Assembly (NCBI GenBank): GCA_040377305.1
Contig: JBEIPA010000029.1
Coordinates: 1-61,676, forward strand
DNA from: Flavobacteriales bacterium
GTDB taxonomy: Bacteria > Bacteroidota > Bacteroidia > Palsa-965
Direction: 5' to 3'
DNA: 61,676 nt
A program made the translations under genes and the position numbers. The notes below the pieces were generated by a model that saw only the letters and a list, made by a program, of their open reading frames with translations, searched no databases and had not been told where the DNA came from. This document shows positions 1 to 7,291 of this stretch, piece by piece. Within the stretch, counting starts at the first letter, position 1. The number at the start of each line of letters is the position of its first letter.

Positions 1-133
1 CTATCAACGAAAGGTTGCTGAAGGCAAAAACAAAATGCTGGTCATCAACGCAATCAGAAATAAGATTGTGCTGAGGGCATGTGCTGTTTTAAGAGGAGAA
101 ACTTTTTACACTCCTCCCTTGACTTTGTCATAG
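1..133 (+). mobile_element. IS110-family transposase, 3' end (partial; runs off window start)
   Basis: Frame 2 from nt 2 reads YQRKVAEGKNKMLVINAIRNKIVLRACAVLRGETFYTPPLTLS* (TAG 131-133), the characteristic C-terminus of Bacteroidota IS110 transposases. Not in the ORF track. Confidence 0.85.
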
Positions 134-158
134 GAATCGGTATGACAATTCAATATTC

Positions 159-848
159 ATGAATCTACGACTGATGGTTTCCGGCAGCGCGGCTCTTCCG
201 GTTTCTGTATTGGAAAAATGGAAGGAGCTCAGGGGACATTTTTTGCTGGAACGTTACGGCATGACAGAAACCGGAATGGTATTGTCGAATCCGTTGGAAG
301 GAGAACGTCGTGCTGGTTCTGTAGGACACGTATTGCCGGGTATGCAGGTGCGTTTGGTCAATGAAGTAGGTGAAGTCGTGCAGGAGGAAGGTGAGCTGCA
401 AGTCAGAGGCAAGAATCTGTTCAGCGGCTATTGGAACAAGCAGGACGAAACGAAAAAATCATGGACGAAAGATGGCTGGTTCAAAACCGGAGATCTTGTT
501 CGCGTGACTGATGGATATTATTACATCGTTGGTCGTTTGTCGACTGACATTATTAAGAGCGGCGGTTACAAAATATCTGCGCTGGAAATTGAAGCGGTGA
601 TTTTGCAACACCCCGAGGTCAAGGAATGCGCGGTTGTTGGAGTTGCGGATGAAACATGGGGAGAGAAGATTGGAGTTGCGATAATGTGGAAGGATTCTGA
701 GTTGACATTAGATGAACTCCGGAATTGGTTAAATGATAAACTGGCTGCATATAAATTGCCATCGCTACTGGTTACCAGTGAAACATTGCCCCGAAATGCC
801 ATGGGGAAGCTTGTTAAAAGTGAAGTGAAGACATTGTTTTCTGTTTAA
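159..848 (+). pseudogene. 5'-truncated acyl-CoA synthetase (MatB/ACSF3-like AMP-binding enzyme), C-terminal half only
   Basis: Motifs VSGSAALP, ERYGMTE, GWFKTGD, KSGGYKISALEIE and LPRNAMGK are present. The N-terminal part with the YTSGTTG P-loop is absent, and the ORF begins 25 nt after the IS110 stop. Confidence 0.75.
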
Positions 849-853
849 CTTTG
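846..853 (+). promoter_or_regulatory. Bacteroidota sigma-70 -7 box TAACTTTG
   Basis: Matches TAnnTTTG, 65 nt upstream of ATG 918. Confidence 0.6.
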
Positions 854-917
854 CGCCTTGAAATCCAGATTTACCGTTTGGACTCACCAATTCAAAAACG
901 AATAAAAAAAGTATCAA

Positions 918-1424
918 ATGACTAAGTACATTTTCCCAATCTTCATTTCCGCTGTAATGTTTGCTTCGTGCGGTGGTAGCGACTCATCAAAGTCTAATGA
1001 TTCTGCATCAAAGGATTCACTGGCTACGGCTGGTTACGAATACTATGGCGACACAATTACCGCCGACGGAGCAATTCCTGCATCTGAGTTGATCGCTAAA
1101 GTTGGATCTGCAGAAAGCATGAACCTTAAAATAGAAGGCAAGATTGAATCGTGTTGCCAGAAGAAAGGCTGCTGGACAGAAGTATTCGTGAATGACAGCG
1201 AAACGGTACACGTAACTTTCAAAGATTACGGATTCTTCCTTCCAATGGATGCTGCCGGAAGAACGATCATCATGGAAGGTGTTGCGAAATACGACACAAC
1301 CAATGTTGAAATGCTTCAGCATCTTGCAGAAGACGCAGGTAAGAGCAAAGAAGAGATTGCGAAGATCACAGAGCCTGAATTCGACCTCGTGTTCGAAGCG
1401 AGTGGAGTAATTCTCAAGAAGTAA
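918..1424 (+). CDS. DUF4920-family lipoprotein
   Basis: Lipobox FASC; YYGDTIT, SCCQKKGCW, VTFKDYGFFLP, HLAEDAGKS..EI and FEASGV motifs typical of DUF4920. Confidence 0.8.
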   Translation: MTKYIFPIFISAVMFASCGGSDSSKSNDSASKDSLATAGYEYYGDTITADGAIPASELIAKVGSAESMNLKIEGKIESCCQKKGCWTEVFVNDSETVHVTFKDYGFFLPMDAAGRTIIMEGVAKYDTTNVEMLQHLAEDAGKSKEEIAKITEPEFDLVFEASGVILKK

Positions 1425-1867
1425 TGAAGAGATTATTCTTCGCAGTTGCATTAATTGCAACGTTCGCTTACGCGTGTTCATCGGGTGAAACCGCGGTAGA
1501 GAACTCCGATTCAACAGCTGCCTGTAAGCCGAAGCCATTGAACCCAAATGGTGACAGTGAGCTTGCTATTCTTATGCGGGAAATGGCGAACTGGATGGAT
1601 TCCTGCAAAGTTGCGATCGTTGAGAAGAAGTCGCCGCCGTCCACTCCTGAGTCTTTTAAAATGCTCAAGACGGCGAAGAGAACCGATCCGAATATTGATG
1701 AAAGCACGTATCAGTCGATGGCGCATTTGTTCGAAACGAACGTGGCGAATTTCGAGTCCAACAGCGACTCCACGAAGTTCAATCAGGTGGTTGATGCTTG
1801 CGTGAGCTGTCACAAGAGTTTCTGTCAGGGGCCACTGGTCCGTATCAACAAAATGTATGTTCAGTAA
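1424..1867 (+). CDS. Monohaem c-type cytochrome lipoprotein (helical, C-terminal CxxCH)
   Basis: Lipobox AYAC; NPNGDSELAILMREM; CVSCH near the C-terminus; TAATG stop/start overlap with the DUF4920 gene. Confidence 0.7.
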   Translation: MKRLFFAVALIATFAYACSSGETAVENSDSTAACKPKPLNPNGDSELAILMREMANWMDSCKVAIVEKKSPPSTPESFKMLKTAKRTDPNIDESTYQSMAHLFETNVANFESNSDSTKFNQVVDACVSCHKSFCQGPLVRINKMYVQ

Positions 1868-1988
1868 ACAGTAAGCAGTCGGTCAGTTGGCAGTAGGAAA
1901 TAATAGGATCGCTCGTCGATCCTTTTTTCGTTTTCACCGCAATCCGGTTGACTGCCAACTGCTCTACTGCAATACTGCCTACTGTTTT
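1866..1988. repeat. Inverted pair of heptamer-repeat arms (CAGTAAG/CAGTTGG...ACTGCCA/ACTGCCT) enclosing a terminator
   Basis: Left arm aaacagtaagcagtcggtcagttggcagtagg; right arm gactgccaactgctctactgcaatactgcctactgtttt. Confidence 0.6.
1904..1928 (+). terminator. Rho-independent terminator
   Basis: aggatcg-ctcgt-cgatcct followed by a T-run. Confidence 0.7.
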
Positions 1989-2001
1989 ACTATCTTTAGG
2001 A

Positions 2002-4455
2002 ATGCTTACCGCACACCCCGGAAACTTTAGGCATAAAGTATCAGCAGCACTGTTTGTGTTGCTCTTCGCGTTGCCGTATATGGTAGGCGCGCAGAATCAC
2101 AAAGTTGACAGTTTGAAGCGAACGCTTGCTACTGTTCCTGATACACAAAAAGTCCGCAACTGTACACGCATCAGTTATCTCACTGTTCATACGGACATAG
2201 ACACTTCGCGTTTATATGGCGACAGTGCTCTGGCAATTGCGATGCGTATCAATGACTGTCGTATGATTGCGTTGGCTAAATCCCAATTAGGAGTTCACTA
2301 CACATCGGCATCTGCATTCGATAAAGGTGTGGAGTATGCATTAGAAGCTTTTAAAGTTTTTGATTCGTTGAATGATTACTCCAATGCTTCTTATGCTGCA
2401 AATATCATTGGTAACGCACACGTGGGACATGAAAATAACCGGCAGGCACTTGATTGGTATCGCATCAGTCGTGACTATGCATACAGGGCCAATGATCCGT
2501 TCAAAATTGCAATTGCCTTGTTTGGATTGGCGAACATAGAGAATGCACTGAAAGTTTACGACTCTGCAACGGTACACTTCGCACTTTGTTACGACAAATT
2601 TGATTCACTCGGTCGCGAGCGTGAAGCGATGGCAGCAGTATTGGAAATTGCCCATATCAATTTTAAGTTGGGCAAATACCAGGAGACTTATGATCGCCTG
2701 ATGACTGTTCGAAATGATGTTCAGGTTCTGAACGATAAGTACTTTTTGGCGTTCTGGTATTATCTGCGTGGTTGTGCATCGCGTGAAATGGGAAGAAAGG
2801 TTCCTGGTCTTGCGGATCTTCACACAGCGAGAACGATGTTCTCTTCAATCAGTAGTTTCTCGAATGTGAAAGACTGTTATGAAGAAATTTCCAGGACGTA
2901 TGAACAAATGGAACGCTATGATAGTGCTTACAAATATCTGCAGCTCTATCAGTACTTGTTTGATTCACTTCACACGGCAGACAAGGACTCCCGTTTGGCC
3001 GAGATGGAGACCCGTTTCCGTACGCAGGAGATGAACGATGAAATCGAACGCGGAAAACAAGAGATAAACTCCAGAATTGCTGAGGCAAAAGTTCACGATG
3101 CAAGGCAACAGTTATTTATTATTGCACTGTCTGTTCTGGTGCTTGTTGTGCTCGTAGGTCTGTGGTTTTACAGACAGAAGCAAAAAGATAATCGCATCAT
3201 TGCAGAAGAGAAGAGAAAGTCTGACGAATTGTTGCTGAACATTCTTCCCGCTGAAACCGCGGAAGAGCTGAAGCAGTCGGGCTCGGCGAAGGCACGGAAC
3301 TTTGACATGGTGACGGTGATGTTTACAGACTTCAAGGGATTTACCTCGATTTCTGAGAAGCTGACCGCAGAAGCACTTGTAAGTGAAATAAACGAGTATT
3401 TCATTGAGTTTGATAATATTATCCAGCGACATGGAATTGAGAAGATCAAAACAATTGGTGATGCATACATGGCGGTAGGAGGATTGCCAACACCGAAATC
3501 AACTCATGCGGAAGATGTAGTAAGCGCGGCGTTGGAAATTCAGGAGTTTGCACGACGCATGAAACGGGAGAAAGGCGACAGTGCGTTTGAAGTGAGAATC
3601 GGAATTAACAGCGGGCCGGTCATTGCCGGGATAGTCGGAATTAAAAAGTTCGCGTACGACATTTGGGGTGATACGGTGAACATTGCATCGAGAATGGAAG
3701 CGTGTTCAGTGAATGGAGCCATTAACGTGTCTGCAACAACATACGAGCTTGTAAAGGATAAATTCAAATGCATTCCTCGCGGTAGGATTGACGCAAAAGG
3801 GAAAGGAGAAATGGAAATGTTTTTCGTCGTACCAGACAATACAGACAGGGTAATGGATTTCGTAAGAGCGAAGGATTATATCGTTGAGCAATTGAAAGCC
3901 GGATTGTCGCCTTTGTATTATTACCACAGTGTTGGACACACACTTGATGTGTTGAAGGCGGTTGATATGCTGATCAAAGAGGAAGGCGTAACAAATTCTG
4001 AACAAATGGATCTTCTGCGTACCGCTGCAGTATTCCACGATGCAGGTTTCCTTCGTCGCTACGATAAGAATGAAGTTGAGGCAGCTTCAATGGTTGCCGA
4101 CTTGTTACCGCGTTTCGGATATGCTGCTGATCAGATTGCAACTATACAGCGTTGCATCATGGTTACGGTTTTAGGTGCTGTGCCGGTGGATCAGCTCGAA
4201 GCAATAATGAAAGATGCCGACTTCGATTATCTGGGTCGTGATGATTACTGGGATATTTCGATCATGTTACGTAAAGAGTGGGAAGGTGTTGGAATCAAGA
4301 AAACCGATAAAGAGTGGTTTGAATTGCAGATCAAATTCCTTTCTGGTCACGAGTATCATACCGGTGCTGCAAAACGTTTACGCGAACCGGTGAAGATGCA
4401 ACACGTACGTAACCTGGAGAAGTTGCTGGCGAAGATTGAATCGAAGCAGGCGTAG
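2002..4455 (+). CDS. Membrane sensor: periplasmic TPR - TM - class III adenylate cyclase - HD domain fusion
   Basis: Cyclase motifs FTDFKGFT, EKIKTIGDAYM, YDIWGDTVNIASRME (K/D ATP-specifying pair); HD domain YHSVGHT...FHDAGF...DADFDYLG. Start moved from TTG 1948 (inside a repeat arm) to ATG 2002. Confidence 0.85.
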   Translation: MLTAHPGNFRHKVSAALFVLLFALPYMVGAQNHKVDSLKRTLATVPDTQKVRNCTRISYLTVHTDIDTSRLYGDSALAIAMRINDCRMIALAKSQLGVHYTSASAFDKGVEYALEAFKVFDSLNDYSNASYAANIIGNAHVGHENNRQALDWYRISRDYAYRANDPFKIAIALFGLANIENALKVYDSATVHFALCYDKFDSLGREREAMAAVLEIAHINFKLGKYQETYDRLMTVRNDVQVLNDKYFLAFWYYLRGCASREMGRKVPGLADLHTARTMFSSISSFSNVKDCYEEISRTYEQMERYDSAYKYLQLYQYLFDSLHTADKDSRLAEMETRFRTQEMNDEIERGKQEINSRIAEAKVHDARQQLFIIALSVLVLVVLVGLWFYRQKQKDNRIIAEEKRKSDELLLNILPAETAEELKQSGSAKARNFDMVTVMFTDFKGFTSISEKLTAEALVSEINEYFIEFDNIIQRHGIEKIKTIGDAYMAVGGLPTPKSTHAEDVVSAALEIQEFARRMKREKGDSAFEVRIGINSGPVIAGIVGIKKFAYDIWGDTVNIASRMEACSVNGAINVSATTYELVKDKFKCIPRGRIDAKGKGEMEMFFVVPDNTDRVMDFVRAKDYIVEQLKAGLSPLYYYHSVGHTLDVLKAVDMLIKEEGVTNSEQMDLLRTAAVFHDAGFLRRYDKNEVEAASMVADLLPRFGYAADQIATIQRCIMVTVLGAVPVDQLEAIMKDADFDYLGRDDYWDISIMLRKEWEGVGIKKTDKEWFELQIKFLSGHEYHTGAAKRLREPVKMQHVRNLEKLLAKIESKQA

Positions 4456-4520
4456 TCTATCAATACCGGTCCGACACTCTTTCGGATGATGCGAATATTC
4501 TCACGACACAAATAAGGTCG

Positions 4521-4720
4521 ACTCTTCTATCCACGAGCTGACTTTACTGTTCTCTTCCTTGAGACTTTCACGCGCTTTTCTATCCGCGGGCTGACTTATT
4601 CTGTTCTCTTCCTTGAGACTTTCACGTGCACTCTTCTATCCGCGGGCTGACTTATTCTGTTCTATTCCTTGAGACTTTCACGTGCACTCTTCAATCCGCG
4701 GGCTAAAGCCGCGCGGATAT
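4521..4720. repeat. Tandem array of about 56-bp units (3 plus a partial) ending in a REP-like hairpin
   Basis: Unit actcttctatccgcgggctgacttattctgttctcttccttgagactttcacgtgc at about 4521, 4576 and 4630. The fourth unit from 4686 ends in atccgcgggctaaagccgcgcggat. Confidence 0.85.
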
Positions 4721-4919
4721 CATCGTTTGCGCGGGGAGAGATAAAGCACTCGCTGTGCTCGTGGTCCACGTACCTGAGTTTCGTCGAACCACCATCACCA
4801 AATATTATTCACGACTTATGTCCCTGAAAACCAGTGAAGTGACTTTTTATTTAACATGATTTGTGTCGTCGAGTAGCTTATTTCTTTCGACGAGTGCTTG
4901 TTTTACTCCGATTAACATG

Positions 4920-4927
4920 TACTTTTG
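4920..4927 (+). promoter_or_regulatory. -7 box TACTTTTG
   Basis: TAnnTTTG followed by an A-rich leader and ATG 4965. Confidence 0.6.
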
Positions 4928-4964
4928 CACCCGAATTAATAACCCTAATAAAAACAAACAAAAA

Positions 4965-5054
4965 ATGAAAAGTTCTATTTATCGCGTACTTCCATTGGTT
5001 CTTGCACTTGCTGTGTTCACTACGATCATCGCTGTCCTCGCAATCATCAGCTAG
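4965..5054 (+). CDS. 29-aa hydrophobic small protein
   Basis: MKSSIYRVLPLVLALAVFTTIIAVLAIIS after a promoter box and A-rich leader; resembles the signal peptide of the next gene. Confidence 0.5.
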   Translation: MKSSIYRVLPLVLALAVFTTIIAVLAIIS

Positions 5055-5100
5055 TACAAAAAGGATCGGAACGGCAAACTCTGATCAGTAAAACAAACAC

Positions 5101-5493
5101 ATGAAAACTCTCTTTCGCATTCTCCCGCTGTTCGCAGCAATCATCTTTTTCTCTTGCACAAAAGAAGAAGTAGCACCAATTACCCCGGGTGTTGCTCCTT
5201 CAGTGCAGGTTGAGTACCGTGTTTATGCAGCAAGCTCATCAGCTAATGTATTCGCGATGATGCCTGTTGCAGGTCAGACTGCACTTGCAGAAGAATTAGT
5301 GCAGATGGATCGCATGACTTATTCAGTAACGTTCGAAGTAATGAGCGGAACAGAAGTAAGCGTGACTGCAAAGAACAGCACACCAGGTCCGGAAGAAGTG
5401 ACTTCAGAAATTTATGTTAACGGACAGTTAGTGAAAAGCGCAAGTGCGAATGCTCCAGGGCAATCGGCAAGCGTTACAGTAATTGCAAGATAA
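5101..5493 (+). CDS. Hypothetical lipoprotein (beta-sandwich-like)
   Basis: Lipobox FFSC; beta-rich sequence with VEYRV and SEIYVNG; followed by a terminator. Confidence 0.75.
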   Translation: MKTLFRILPLFAAIIFFSCTKEEVAPITPGVAPSVQVEYRVYAASSSANVFAMMPVAGQTALAEELVQMDRMTYSVTFEVMSGTEVSVTAKNSTPGPEEVTSEIYVNGQLVKSASANAPGQSASVTVIAR

Positions 5494-5531
5494 CAGAACA
5501 AGCCCTCCGGTGTCAACCCCCCGGAAAAGTG

Positions 5532-5563
5532 AAAGCCCCGACCTTGAGATCGGGGCTTTTTTT
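5532..5563. terminator. Terminator between convergent genes (probably bidirectional)
   Basis: aaagccccga-ccttgaga-tcggggcttt followed by T-run. Confidence 0.85.
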
Positions 5564-5568
5564 AGTTC

Positions 5569-7230
5569 CTATTTCGGATTGTGTTCTGCGAAAATCTGGT
5601 TGAGCCATTTCAGCATCATGAATATAGCTGCGGCGGCTACTCCGAGAATTACAAAGTTCACAAGGAAGAAGTTCGCCTTGTTCTCGTAACCATCCCACAT
5701 CGTTGCAAGAATTCCGCTGAGCTTGTTTCCGAGTGATGTAGAAACAAACCAGCCACCCATCATTAATGCAGTGAGTCGGGCTGGAGAAAGTTTCGATACA
5801 AGACTCAAACCCATCGGACTCAGGCATAATTCTCCTATTGTAATTACACCATAAGCGCTGATCAACCACCACGGACTGACTTTCACGAGTCCGTTGGATC
5901 CTGCATACACTGCACCAACCATCACGAGTGTTGATAGTGCACTTACCACTAATCCGTACGCAATTTTTGTTGGCGTAGAAGGTTCCTTCCCACGACGCCG
6001 AAGGAAATTAAAGAACAACACCACTAATGGTGTAAGAGCAACAACCCAAAACGGATTGACCGATTGATAAATGTTCGTGTACGTTAAATTCAGAATCTCA
6101 CCTTCTTTTAATTGTCTGGATGAAGGAAGGTTTTTTGTGTAGTCCGACCAGGCTAGCGTCTTCACGACATTCCCGCTTTCATCTTTTACTTTTCTGAACT
6201 GTGCGTCAGTTAGTGCAATTGATTTCTTTTGTACTGTGTCCTTCTCCACCAGTTTGATAGCATCGAGCGGAGCAACCATTACTGCAGGGATTTCGCGATC
6301 TGTGTAATTCTTGGCCCACGTTGTTAACGCGGTTCCGTTCTGCTTGAATACCGCCCAGAATACAACCACGACTGCAAAAATGGACAACATCGCAGCGATC
6401 GGGCGTTTCTCTTCCAATGACGATTTTCTCCAAAGGTTAAAGTAAAAGACAATCACCGGAATACTTCCGAAGATGAATGCGTCTGTACTATCACTGCCGA
6501 AAATGTTATTGTTAGGTTCCTCCGGCGTAGTTATTCCTTTAATTACCCATCCCAATGCACCAGCAATAAACATGGGCAGTAAGGTGAGACCGAAAATTCG
6601 TCCAAGCGAATCATCTTCTGGTTTTGTCGGTTTAATTACATCAGCATGCTTGTAATGTTTCATGCCAACCCAGAAAATAAGGACACCCAAAAACATTCCC
6701 CCACCGGCCATAAGGAATGCGCCGCCCCAGCCAAAAACGGTGTACATAATAGCACCGAAGAAATTGCAGATGAACGCACCAATATTGATTCCACTATAAA
6801 ATATATTATAGCCGGAATCTTTTAGCTGCCTGTACTTGTCTTCGTTATAGAGGTTACCAAGCAGTGTTGATATATTGGGTTTGAAGAATCCATTTCCGAG
6901 GATAATCAGGAAAAGCGCGAGGTAAAACACAGTATCTCCTTTGATTGCCAGAAGCGAATAACCCGCACCCATTAGTAATCCACCAATTGTAATACTCAAT
7001 CGGTATCCCAGTAATCGATCGGCTAATAATCCGCCAAGGAAAGGAGTTAGAAATACCAATGCTATGAATGTTCCGTACACATCGGCAGAATCTTTTGTAG
7101 CCATTCCGTATCCGCCCTTTTCGAGAGGCGCTTCGAGGTAGAGTACAAACATTCCTATCATCAGATAGTAACCGAAACGTTCCCACATTTCAGCAAAAAA
7201 CAGGTATGGAAGTCCTTTTGGATGACGCAT
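5569..7230 (-). CDS. POT/PTR family proton-dependent oligopeptide transporter
   Basis: EMWERFGYY (ExxERF), GGLLADRLLG, GNGFFKPNIS, GELCLSPMGLS. Confidence 0.95.
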   Translation of the reverse strand: MRHPKGLPYLFFAEMWERFGYYLMIGMFVLYLEAPLEKGGYGMATKDSADVYGTFIALVFLTPFLGGLLADRLLGYRLSITIGGLLMGAGYSLLAIKGDTVFYLALFLIILGNGFFKPNISTLLGNLYNEDKYRQLKDSGYNIFYSGINIGAFICNFFGAIMYTVFGWGGAFLMAGGGMFLGVLIFWVGMKHYKHADVIKPTKPEDDSLGRIFGLTLLPMFIAGALGWVIKGITTPEEPNNNIFGSDSTDAFIFGSIPVIVFYFNLWRKSSLEEKRPIAAMLSIFAVVVVFWAVFKQNGTALTTWAKNYTDREIPAVMVAPLDAIKLVEKDTVQKKSIALTDAQFRKVKDESGNVVKTLAWSDYTKNLPSSRQLKEGEILNLTYTNIYQSVNPFWVVALTPLVVLFFNFLRRRGKEPSTPTKIAYGLVVSALSTLVMVGAVYAGSNGLVKVSPWWLISAYGVITIGELCLSPMGLSLVSKLSPARLTALMMGGWFVSTSLGNKLSGILATMWDGYENKANFFLVNFVILGVAAAAIFMMLKWLNQIFAEHNPK

Positions 7231-7291
7231 GTCGAAAGATACTTATTTCCAGACCGAGAACAACTTTCTTTACTTTTATCGTTATAACGTC

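Noticed and set aside
1948-2001. N-terminal extension of the cyclase ORF (also fmt 57610-57696 and rlmI-like 60778-60822)
   Set aside because: These extensions are translations of intergenic repeat arms or promoter DNA; downstream ATGs fit better.
2002-4455. Pycsar/CBASS anti-phage cyclase
   Set aside because: Cyclase has ordinary adenine-specifying residues and a TPR-TM sensor architecture; no adjacent effector gene.
4521-4720. CRISPR array
   Set aside because: Contiguous tandem units with no variable spacers.
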